Of a stretch of DNA of 64,000 nt, positions 36,789 through 45,312 are shown piece after piece. How positions within the stretch are numbered: position 1 is the first letter of the stretch; every line of letters begins with the position of its first letter. Under the pieces are notes generated by a model. It worked only from the letters and a program-made list of their open reading frames with translations, made no database searches and was not told where the DNA came from. This DNA comes from an uncultured Candidatus Obscuribacterales bacterium. Its GTDB lineage: Bacteria > Cyanobacteriota > Vampirovibrionia > Obscuribacterales > Obscuribacteraceae. The stretch spans positions 4,335 to 68,334 of the forward strand of contig CAZISK010000001.1 in assembly GCA_964541355.1 (NCBI GenBank), given 5' to 3'. A program made the translations under genes and the position numbers.

Positions 36789-39700
36789 TTAGTGAAGTCC
36801 TAAATCAAGTGTGACGGCGGATAGTTTTATTCCATCGGTAGAGGCCGTGTCGCATGCCACATCAACCAAACCACGCACCTCCTCAATGGTCGAATGCTTT
36901 CTACAGGCAACTGCCGATTTGTCATTTGGATAGTGAATGTCACAGTGATAGAAACCAACAACATAAATCCCATGGGTGAAGCAATTCTTCTGTAGATACC
37001 TTTTTTTGAGTTGTGTCTTTACTGATGATAGTAGCCCTTTGTTCCAGCAGCCTTTCACCTCAATAATGACGACAAACGTAGTTGAAAGCGCGGGATCAAA
37101 AGATTTCGCGTAAACGTCCACGAGCTGACCACTTCGACGTGGTTTGCTTTTATCCTTCTTGTCTCTAAATCGAGGCAAATCGCCAGCCCGAATTTGTGGT
37201 TCTCGGCACACTAGCACCTGTTGTTGCACCAACTCATCATCAAGATGGCGCTTAATGTAATCAGACAATCGATTTTCAACTTTGGGAGAGTATCCACTGT
37301 CATTTTCATTCCATAAATCAATAGCACACGGAGTTTCGGAGTGCTGCAGCTTCTTCTGAAGACGGTCCAACGATTCAATAACTGCCTCCATAAGTTGCTG
37401 CGAATCTTGAATGACCCGTCGCCTACTGTCCTTCAGTAGCGTCTTCAGATCGGAGGCTGTGGGTCTCGGCCAAATTGATGCTCGCAATCTGAATTCGGCT
37501 TGCTGCGTAATGCCTGGCAGTCCAACGTAGTCAGGGAGCGCCTTTGCCAAACGTTTCAATTGGTTCACTGAATCTAAAGTTGCTCGACGACGTAGTTCTT
37601 CTATAAGCGCGCTATGTAACTCCTTGATTGAACCAACCGGTCCCCAGCAGAGCGCCGGAGATAAAGTGATAAGCTCCGGTCGATTTGCAATGAAAACATA
37701 GAGATCGCCAATTTGTTCCTCAGACAGTTTCAGAACAAAATCCTTCGGAGAGAGCAAACTAAGGGCGTTAAGTAGTTCCTCGGTTAATAACTCAATTTGA
37801 AGCTGCGTCCATACTGTATCCCACTCAGAATCTCCAGACGACCGAACCAGCATTTTTATGAGTGCAACAACTAATTTCGGCTCCGGTCGCTGCGAATTGC
37901 CAAGCAATGTCAGCACAAGGCGCTTTCCTTCGTCAAAGGCTCTAAGGAGCAAGTGGCCAACTAATTCAACCTCCTTGTCACTGAATTTGGTGCAATTGTT
38001 TATTCTATTCAGAACAAACTCCTCTAATTGCTGCGTCCAGTCTATGCGCAACAATACCTTAGAGGAAGCTTCGTACAGCCAGTCGTGTTCCAACAAGTCG
38101 TCTAATCGCTTTAAAACGGCGTCAGGTGCCAACTTTAAGAGCTCGGCCTCAATTGCATTCTCTTTGTTGTCGACATCTTCTTTCGAAAATGCAAGCAACA
38201 CCAAAGACCACTTTCCCCACAACTCGACTTCAATCTCTTGTCCGCTACTCCTAAGCAATTTGAATGCCTTATACGCTGACATTGCTGGTCGGTGGTAGGT
38301 TGTTTTTCCAAGCCAATCCTCGTCCTTGAGGTCATATGTCTGAAGATACCGCTTTGCGATGTACCTAAGTTGTTCGCGGACCTCATCGCTTGCCGATTTC
38401 CAGCCAGGGTAACTCAACAAGTTCATTTGATGTTCTGAAATTCCACTTCGCCCGTCTTCGTGGTACAGAAGCGTTAGAACAATTCTCCACCACTGACCCC
38501 AATCTCCACTCAAGGCGAGTTCACGCAGCCGCTCCAGCTCTTGACTAGGAGTTTTATAACCCTCCCGTTTTTTAGGGTCGTCAGGTTCATTCTCAGCAAG
38601 ATTGATATCCGCGTCTTGTTTAAGATCAAGATACTTTTGATGTTGACTTAGGTCGCAGTCAAACTTCACCGCTGGATCAAGGAGATTTCGAATCGGGAGA
38701 ACCGCGTCAATGTGATCTAGTCGCTCCCAATTCAAAAGTCTATCGATCAAATACATCGCTATTTCACGGGCTCTTAGCGAGTTGCATTCCGCAGCAAACC
38801 GACACAGTCTCGGAACGTCATCTGCAGTCACCAAAAAGCATCTAAAAGCAAGCCATCCCGCCACATCGAGCGAGTCAATGCTATTCATTGCATTCCTAAT
38901 AGCCTCAGCAGGTTCAATCTCAGCAGCGTCACGGGACTCAACTGGGTGGCTAATTGCAATAATATTGATGACCTCAAGAAGAAGGTCATACCTGTCTTTT
39001 GATTCACCAATCTGACTACGATATATTGCTTCACCATCTCTACCGACCGGAGCATCATCGAACCTCTGCCTGGAGACCAAATACGCTATGAAGTTACTTC
39101 GCACTCTTGGATGATCTAGACTGGAAATTGCCCGGAAAACGAACTCTGTTATAAGGTCGACAAAGTCGCGAGGTTGCTTGTCGATTGCCCCCAGCTTGGC
39201 CGCCCAATCAAGTGCAACATCCAAATCACTTTCTGGCATCAATTCTAGTAAGTCGTGAAGAAAGCCACTATAAATTCCTGCAGTATTCTCGTGCTGTGGC
39301 CGTAAAGCTTCAAACATTTCAACACTCGACAGGAGCTTTGGATAGCAACAATACAGGGCATATCCAAGCAATTCCATTTCCGAATCAGTATCTACCGATT
39401 GCGAAAGCAACGGCTTGAGCATGAGCTTGCACTCGTCCGATCCAATCTGCCTTACAACACCTGCTGCCCGACGTCTAACTGTCACATTTTCAGAAGAATC
39501 AAGAGCGATGTCCGCCAGTTTCCATTCAAGAGCCTCCAGTCGGCACGCGCCTGTCATCGTGACTGCAAGACGACGAGCGGGAATTGAGAGTGTCTCTTTG
39601 CCTAGCAATTCCTCAAGCTGCTTCGACAGTAATTCGTGTGTTAAAGCTCTCAGTCTTCGATCGGTCGTTTCAACTTCGAGCAGGCGCCCGTCCATCATAT

Positions 39701-41042
39701 GTGCAAATAGCTGCTCGACAAGCGTTAGTCGCTTTTCGTCGGTATTGGGCAATGCGTCACCAGATAACAACGCGAGCGGATCTGATCGCACAACGATGTC
39801 GAAAAGGTCGTCGCGTACAACACATAGCCAACTTGTAGTCTCTGCAACCTGAACAATTGGTTTTCCATTTTGAATGAGAAGACCTGTGACCTGCTTGGTG
39901 CTCAACCCGTTCGAATGAATGTAATAAGCTGCCAAAAATTCAGCATTCGTCTTTTGCTTCCATTTTTGTTTCCCGGAACCTCCGAATTCAAAAAGGGCAG
40001 TAGATAGTGTCTCTCTCAAAGAATCGTAGGTTACGTTTACTGTATCTTCGCCGTTAGCAACAGTCCCTCCAGAAAGCTCGGACAAACGCAAATCTAGATT
40101 TGATTCCGAAAGCAGATTTCGCTGATCAAGGTCCAGGTCGATCACGTATTTGCCCATGAATACGGAATAAAATGCAATTCTACTTGCGATAGCCAATCGC
40201 TCTAAATCATTAAGGCTGCTTTGCGCATTTCGATTTTGTTCACCGGATAGCACTCGGCAAAGAGACCTAAAGAGTTCCCATTGGTTATCTGGAAGCTTCC
40301 CAGTTTGTTGAAAATATTGCATAAGTGCTATCAGAGTATTCGGGCTGGCGGCAAAGTGCTCAGCCTGCTTTTCGGAGATAGCTTCATCAAACAAGTCTGC
40401 TTTCAAATTATGCGCTACTGCTGCCAATTGCACATCCGAACGCTGCAGTTGACACAAACGATAGACAGCAATGTGATCAGCCTGCCACGCCGCCTTCAGC
40501 GCAGGCTCAAATGAACGATTCCACCTGGAGTCACGGCACGTTAGTCTTACCTTGCACTCCGCCACTCGCGTGCCACACTGTCTTTGTAGTTCTGATGTCA
40601 AAAATGTTTCCATCTGTCTGAAGGTCAAATGCTCGCATTCATCAACGCCGTCGACAAAAATGGTAAATTCTCCACCGCTCGAATTCACCCAGTCTTTGAA
40701 TGGAGTTGATTCAAAAAGGCTTTCGTGAAGTAGCCTAGGATCGTCTTTTGATCCCAGATCAATAAAAATCGACTGGCGCCCGGAATCCTGTGTCTGCCGA
40801 AAGGCACGTTTGAGCGCATAGCTCTTCCCCATTCCAGGTTCGCCCAGAAGGACCAGGAACGGCACATGCTGAAGCTCACTGTAAAGGTGTTTATCACGAA
40901 AGCTAAATTTCGAATTTTTCTTCGAGACCCAAGTATAGCCATCATCAGTCCAAGTCGGCTCTTCTCCGTCTTTGTACCAAAGTCGTTCCCAGTCGTAGGT
41001 CTTACTGAAATCCCATTCGGGCGCCATGTTCACTGGCTCCAC
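36789..41042 (-). CDS. STAND/NACHT-like P-loop NTPase with a long helical-repeat region and a C-terminal PD-(D/E)xK-like module
   Basis: 1417 aa. Walker A is LVLLGEPGMGKSYALK and Walker B is FTIFVDGVDECE. More than 1000 aa of leucine-rich helical sequence follows, including HEAT-like VTVRRRAAGVVRQIG. The C-terminus has LSDYIKRHL...GQLVDVYAK...FVVIIEVKGCWNKG. Confidence 0.8.
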   Translation of the reverse strand: MEPVNMAPEWDFSKTYDWERLWYKDGEEPTWTDDGYTWVSKKNSKFSFRDKHLYSELQHVPFLVLLGEPGMGKSYALKRAFRQTQDSGRQSIFIDLGSKDDPRLLHESLFESTPFKDWVNSSGGEFTIFVDGVDECEHLTFRQMETFLTSELQRQCGTRVAECKVRLTCRDSRWNRSFEPALKAAWQADHIAVYRLCQLQRSDVQLAAVAHNLKADLFDEAISEKQAEHFAASPNTLIALMQYFQQTGKLPDNQWELFRSLCRVLSGEQNRNAQSSLNDLERLAIASRIAFYSVFMGKYVIDLDLDQRNLLSESNLDLRLSELSGGTVANGEDTVNVTYDSLRETLSTALFEFGGSGKQKWKQKTNAEFLAAYYIHSNGLSTKQVTGLLIQNGKPIVQVAETTSWLCVVRDDLFDIVVRSDPLALLSGDALPNTDEKRLTLVEQLFAHMMDGRLLEVETTDRRLRALTHELLSKQLEELLGKETLSIPARRLAVTMTGACRLEALEWKLADIALDSSENVTVRRRAAGVVRQIGSDECKLMLKPLLSQSVDTDSEMELLGYALYCCYPKLLSSVEMFEALRPQHENTAGIYSGFLHDLLELMPESDLDVALDWAAKLGAIDKQPRDFVDLITEFVFRAISSLDHPRVRSNFIAYLVSRQRFDDAPVGRDGEAIYRSQIGESKDRYDLLLEVINIIAISHPVESRDAAEIEPAEAIRNAMNSIDSLDVAGWLAFRCFLVTADDVPRLCRFAAECNSLRAREIAMYLIDRLLNWERLDHIDAVLPIRNLLDPAVKFDCDLSQHQKYLDLKQDADINLAENEPDDPKKREGYKTPSQELERLRELALSGDWGQWWRIVLTLLYHEDGRSGISEHQMNLLSYPGWKSASDEVREQLRYIAKRYLQTYDLKDEDWLGKTTYHRPAMSAYKAFKLLRSSGQEIEVELWGKWSLVLLAFSKEDVDNKENAIEAELLKLAPDAVLKRLDDLLEHDWLYEASSKVLLRIDWTQQLEEFVLNRINNCTKFSDKEVELVGHLLLRAFDEGKRLVLTLLGNSQRPEPKLVVALIKMLVRSSGDSEWDTVWTQLQIELLTEELLNALSLLSPKDFVLKLSEEQIGDLYVFIANRPELITLSPALCWGPVGSIKELHSALIEELRRRATLDSVNQLKRLAKALPDYVGLPGITQQAEFRLRASIWPRPTASDLKTLLKDSRRRVIQDSQQLMEAVIESLDRLQKKLQHSETPCAIDLWNENDSGYSPKVENRLSDYIKRHLDDELVQQQVLVCREPQIRAGDLPRFRDKKDKSKPRRSGQLVDVYAKSFDPALSTTFVVIIEVKGCWNKGLLSSVKTQLKKRYLQKNCFTHGIYVVGFYHCDIHYPNDKSAVACRKHSTIEEVRGLVDVACDTASTDGIKLSAVTLDLGLH

Positions 41043-41120
41043 TCAACATTTGCTACCTATGAGTTTGACCCATTCAGAATGAGACACAAATAAAATGTTT
41101 TTTGGATTCTGAGGCAAATT

Positions 41121-41336
41121 TCAACTCAAGCGTGAAGCCAAGCGCTCCTGAATCAAGGCCCGAGCATTCTTCAAAATCTCAACTTCAGACTCAAACTCAC
41201 ATTCGTCTGGGTCTTTGTTCATGCCCGCAATAAGCAGGCGGATGCGAATTGCCTGCTCAATGCTTGCCCAGACTTCGCGTGAAAACATTAGACCGAATTC
41301 GGGGTCGAAACTTGTACGCATCATCGCGGCATCCAC
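41121..41336 (-). CDS. hypothetical small protein
   Basis: 71-aa ORF between the integrase and the STAND gene. No recognised domain. Confidence 0.3.
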   Translation of the reverse strand: MDAAMMRTSFDPEFGLMFSREVWASIEQAIRIRLLIAGMNKDPDECEFESEVEILKNARALIQERLASRLS

Positions 41337-41429
41337 AATATGTCACCCGCATAGCATTTAAAAGGTTTTCGAATTGCCGAATGGCAATGTCAAAAGAATT
41401 CCCGCATCTGCGAGAAACAGCACACTTAG

Positions 41430-42716
41430 TTACTGATGCTCCTTCTTTCGACGGGACCTTTTGAATGGAGTGCCACCTTGCTCTTTCAACCATTCCTGCA
41501 ACATCGATTCCTGATAGAGCACCGTGTGTCCCTTTTTCAGATAGGGTGGACCAGCATTTCGCGAACGCATCGATACAAGCTGTTTAATGCTGGTACCGAT
41601 TATCTCGGCGGCACGATCTGTTGTAATCCACTCGCTTTGATATCGCTTATTCGACTCCAGGTTCTGCCGGTCAGCATTTGGTTCATACGAAAGCCCAGCC
41701 GCTTTCAACATGGCTCTCGTTGCCTTAGTCATAGCCTTTCTTACCGGCTCGGCGTTCAGGCGCGCATAGATTGCTGTAGACTCCAAGTCTTTGTGATTCA
41801 GGGTTGCACTGATTGCCGAGATGTTTGCGCCAGTGATTGCCTCCCATGAAGCGAGAGTGCGACGGAGGTCATGAATGCGTGCATCAGTTAGATTCGCACG
41901 CTCCCTGAGCACCTTCCAAGCTGCCTCTGGCTTGGTCAGATGCCCTGTTGGAGAACGATCAGAGGAAAACACCCAAGGGCTTGCACTAGCTCGACGAACA
42001 GCGCGTTTTCGCAGTATGCTCATTGCCACCGGCACGAGAGGTACCACCTGTGGTGTTTTATTTTTCGTCTTTGGGATTGTCCACAGCTCGTGTTCTAGAT
42101 TTAACTCCGACCATTTCATGGCTGCTACGTTCGCGCGCCTCGCGCCCGTGAGCAAGCACATCAGAAGGAAGTCCTTAGTTGTTTCGTACCGTAGCGTATC
42201 AAGTGCCTCAAAAAACCTTCCCAACTCGTCAGTCTGTAGGAATCTGGAGCGCGACTGCTCATCGAATTTTCGAATTTTCGAGCCCGGATTATAGCCAGAA
42301 ATCAGCTCCCAATCAGATGCTTTACGGTACATCATCACAAGTAGCTCAAGCGCGCGATTAGCTGTGTGCGGCATCGGCTTACCTCTCTTTGAGTTTCGTC
42401 GACCTAGTTCAGAATGCCACTGCTGTACTTCCGCTCTAGAGATTCGCAACAAGTCTCTGTCTGACCAGTGCGAGAGGTAATTCCCGTAACAGCGCTCCAT
42501 GTCTCTCCATCTTGCGCAATGCGCTCGGGCGTAGTCTTCCATATACCGCTCATATAATTGCTGCAGGGTGATGCCTGCTGGCTTTCTCTTCTGGCTTTCC
42601 AAATCTTCGGTCACGTTGTTAGAAATCATCTTCGCGAACATGCGCAGCTTCATAAGTTGCTCTGGGTCTATGTTCAGATCGTTATCGTCAGACCTCAGTG
42701 TTTGTAATTCATTCAT
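41430..42716 (-). CDS. int: tyrosine integrase with a C-terminal AlpA-like HTH extension
   Basis: The catalytic region has LLTGARRANV, HDLRRTLASW, LNH and AIYARL. The C-terminal ~60 aa read WITTDRAAEIIGTSIKQLVSMRSRNAGPPYLKKGHTVLYQESMLQEWL, an HTH of the same family as 25202, 54563 and 55950. Confidence 0.88.
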   Translation of the reverse strand: MNELQTLRSDDNDLNIDPEQLMKLRMFAKMISNNVTEDLESQKRKPAGITLQQLYERYMEDYARAHCARWRDMERCYGNYLSHWSDRDLLRISRAEVQQWHSELGRRNSKRGKPMPHTANRALELLVMMYRKASDWELISGYNPGSKIRKFDEQSRSRFLQTDELGRFFEALDTLRYETTKDFLLMCLLTGARRANVAAMKWSELNLEHELWTIPKTKNKTPQVVPLVPVAMSILRKRAVRRASASPWVFSSDRSPTGHLTKPEAAWKVLRERANLTDARIHDLRRTLASWEAITGANISAISATLNHKDLESTAIYARLNAEPVRKAMTKATRAMLKAAGLSYEPNADRQNLESNKRYQSEWITTDRAAEIIGTSIKQLVSMRSRNAGPPYLKKGHTVLYQESMLQEWLKEQGGTPFKRSRRKKEHQ

Positions 42717-42972
42717 GGAAGTGCACCTTATCGGCTAGTTTGTCGACGTTGATTTTGAGAGCGCGCGAGAGGCGCGTGGCAGTGCTCATAAGCGTGGAGC
42801 GACGTCTCATGGTGTTTTCATAGAGCACAAGGCATGGCACACCTGCATTGGCTGCCAAGCGCCCAAAGGTTGGCTCCTCTTGTAACGCAGTCATTCGATA
42901 AAAATAGAACCCAGGCAACTGCTGGCGAGACCGGCAAGCCTTGGTAGAGCGAACGGCCTTAGAGCGATGCAT
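42709..42972 (-). CDS. Cro/XRE-like HTH protein
   Basis: FGRLAANAGVPCLVLYENTMRRRSTLMSTATRLSRALKINVDKLADK. The start is probably MTALQ (~42894). It overlaps the integrase start by 8 nt. Confidence 0.45.
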   Translation of the reverse strand: MHRSKAVRSTKACRSRQQLPGFYFYRMTALQEEPTFGRLAANAGVPCLVLYENTMRRRSTLMSTATRLSRALKINVDKLADKVHFHE

Positions 42973-43072
42973 TCGTCACCTCTTAGATGCGGCATGAAAA
43001 CCCCTTCTTGCAGGCAAGAGTTGAGTTTATTTCCATGGACTTAATTTCTAGTTTACTTCATAGTCGTTCAAT

Positions 43073-43294
43073 ATGGACGTTGCTAAGAGAGCTATTAGAA
43101 AATTCGGAAAGCGCCTCAAAGAGCTACGACTGCAAGCAGGTTTAACTCAGGAACAGCTTGCGGAAGCTCTGGACTTCGACACAACATTCATTTCAAAAGT
43201 CGAAAACGCCAAATCTAGCCCGTCGCTGGCCAACATGGCGCGAATTGCTAAGGCGCTTGATGTTCCGCTGTCAGCGTTTTTTAACTGGGACTAA
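43073..43294 (+). CDS. XRE-family HTH transcriptional regulator
   Basis: FGKRLKELRLQAGLTQEQLAEALDFDTTFISKVENAKSSPSLANMARIAKALDVPLSAFF is a canonical Cro/C1 HTH. Confidence 0.85.
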   Translation: MDVAKRAIRKFGKRLKELRLQAGLTQEQLAEALDFDTTFISKVENAKSSPSLANMARIAKALDVPLSAFFNWD

Positions 43295-43301
43295 GCAAGC
43301 T

Positions 43302-44240
43302 TCAAGCAGAGAACCTGTCCGCGTAGGCATCTTTCTTGCAGACATCTTCCCACCGCTTTACGCCAGTTGCAAACAAATCCATTCGGCGCTCGCGTTTGAT
43401 GATTTTTGAAATCATCGGCAGCGGCCAGCGCCCTGTAAGAACTCTTATCCGGTTGCGCCTTGGTTTGGTTGTCGGCTTACAACTTTTCGGCAAGATTCCT
43501 TTTTCTTGTAAGCGCTCAGCAATTTTCTTGAGGGTGAAGATGCGTTTGCCGCGCTTATCCCTCATGCTGTATAGCCTGCGAATATATCTGATCACTCTCT
43601 GTTCTTCCTCATCTCTGACGAGGTCCCCGTTGTGCCACTTCCAACCATAGCAAGGTCGGAATCCCGGCCACTCATTACGAGCGAGTTTCTGCCGCTTGCC
43701 TGCGAGCCCCCGCTCCACGATGCGGTCGCATTCGTCTTCATCGATTACAGCTACAAGGCTGTAATACAAGGCGCCTGCACGGCTGAACAAATCAAAATCT
43801 TGAGTGCAACTCCATAACCGTTTTCGATTCTGCCTGAACTCTCGTTTGTATTTTGCGCGGTCTTCAATTGAACGGCTGAATCGGTCGTACGAGAAAACAA
43901 TCAGCCCGCAAAGGTCAGAGTTCATCAACGATTCAAGCGCAGCCGAGATACCATTGCGAACTTCAACAGAGCGGCCAGTTTCTACGTCGAAATAGATAGC
44001 GACGAGGAAATAGCCAGCCCTCTTGCAAAACTCTTCAATCAGAGCCGCCTGGTGTTCAATGGAAGTGTTTTCTCGTTGTGTCTCAGACGAAATTCTGACA
44101 TAGCCAATTACAGCTCCGGATTTCTGAGACTCTTTCAACCATGAAGAAATCCAAGTCCACATAGAGGCACCTCCATGAACGTAATGAAATCTGGGTTTTG
44201 TGAAACTACTGAACGGGCTCGTTAACAACAGTATTCCCAT
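43302..44240 (-). CDS. serine recombinase (resolvase catalytic domain plus recombinase domain)
   Basis: VIGYVRISSETQ carries the catalytic Ser, followed by GLIVFSYDRFSRS, then the recombinase-domain-like RPCYGWKWHNGDLVRDEEEQRVIRYIRRLY. The likely start is MWTW at ~44162. Confidence 0.85.
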   Translation of the reverse strand: MGILLLTSPFSSFTKPRFHYVHGGASMWTWISSWLKESQKSGAVIGYVRISSETQRENTSIEHQAALIEEFCKRAGYFLVAIYFDVETGRSVEVRNGISAALESLMNSDLCGLIVFSYDRFSRSIEDRAKYKREFRQNRKRLWSCTQDFDLFSRAGALYYSLVAVIDEDECDRIVERGLAGKRQKLARNEWPGFRPCYGWKWHNGDLVRDEEEQRVIRYIRRLYSMRDKRGKRIFTLKKIAERLQEKGILPKSCKPTTKPRRNRIRVLTGRWPLPMISKIIKRERRMDLFATGVKRWEDVCKKDAYADRFSA

Positions 44241-44413
44241 GCGCTTTGAAAATCAATCCCCATCAGGGTCTTCGTAGTTTTTTCAATCCACTTTTCATCG
44301 GTTTCCAGCTCCGTTTAGGTCTTGGCACGAATACGAGCGTAGTTTTTTTCTGTCCACACTCGCAGATATTTCATCCAGATTCGGGGCTTTCCGGTCGTAG
44401 CTTTTTCAATCCA

Positions 44414-44557
44414 GCAGAGCTGCGGCTCACTCACCTGCAATACATTTACTCGAGAATCGAAAACGGTCGGCGTGCGGCTTCACTCGCTAATGTAGGACGA
44501 ATTGCGGATGTGCTGGTGCTGGATGTGCCAGTTGCCGCGTTGTTCGAGTGGAAGTAA
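44414..44557 (+). pseudogene. remnant of an XRE-family HTH gene (paralogue of 43073..43294)
   Basis: The C-terminal 47 aa of ORF 44246..44557 (YSRIENGRRAASLANVGRIADVLVLDVPVAALFEWK) align with SKVENAKSSPSLANMARIAKALDVPLSAFFNWD. The N-terminal helix region is not recognisable. Confidence 0.45.
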
Positions 44558-44920
44558 TTAACCAAGGTGATTCGGACTGAACACAGCCCGACACACAGAA
44601 GTCGAAATTTGATCAGTCTTACGTGCATTATTGATAATTTTTGACAGCATCGCGAGAGACCATCTAGCAAGTACTGACGAGCCTTGTTTTGTCGATTTCG
44701 GCGGTATGCCCTTCATATAGAGTCGATCCGATATTAGCCTCAGGGTGAGCAACCTCTTTCCGTTTCGCGCCCGTAGGCTGTAGAGCCGTCGAATGTATCG
44801 CATCACTCGTTGCTCCGATTCATCCCGCACCAGACACCCATGTTCGCTGCGCCAGCCATAGGGTGGTCTGTATCCCGTCCATTCGCCTCGTTCCATCTTC
44901 TCTGGCTTAGCTTGGGTCAC
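44558..44920 (-). pseudogene. serine recombinase fragment lacking the catalytic domain (paralogue of 43302..44240)
   Basis: GEWTGYRPPYGWRSEHGCLVRDESEQRVMRYIRRLYSLRARNGKRLLTLRLISDRL aligns with residues ~180-260 of the intact recombinase. There is no resolvase N-terminal domain. Confidence 0.7.
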
Positions 44921-44934
44921 GATGATACATCCGC

Positions 44935-45195
44935 CTAAATCAAAAGCACTTCCACATTCTCGACCAAATCATCGATGGTCACCTCAAGAACCTGTGCAAT
45001 CCTCCAAGCCGTGCCAACACGCATTGCGCGAAGCCCGGAAAGATTTCCAAACAGCGTTGTCCAAGGTAAGTTTGTGATGTTGGAAAGCGCCTGATATGTT
45101 GGCTCGTAACCGAGTGCCTTCATGCGCTCGGCAATGTACTCCGGCAGCTTTTGCGTTGCCGGTCGACCAACCCGTAGCTTCGGTAGATCGCTCAT
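44935..45195 (-). CDS. HTH DNA-binding protein (Cro/XRE-like)
   Basis: 86 aa. ...YQALSNITNLPWTTLFGNLSGLRAMRVGTAWRIAQVLEVTIDDLV. ACGGAAT repeats lie immediately upstream. Confidence 0.5.
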   Translation of the reverse strand: MSDLPKLRVGRPATQKLPEYIAERMKALGYEPTYQALSNITNLPWTTLFGNLSGLRAMRVGTAWRIAQVLEVTIDDLVENVEVLLI

Positions 45196-45312
45196 TCACC
45201 ATTCCGTAGCGGTGTTCTTCCTTGATATCACGGAATCTCACGGAATGGTAGTTCAATTTCTGTAGCGGGGACTCGGAAACATTAGCCGCCAAACAGGCAG
45301 CATATTCCCCAT

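Noticed and set aside
36060-43072. Search for att-like direct repeats delimiting an element that carries the STAND pair and integrase 41430..42716.
   Set aside because: I could not find convincing repeats by eye around 36060-36090, 41043-41130 or 42973-43072. The element boundaries remain unassigned, and I make no claim about them.
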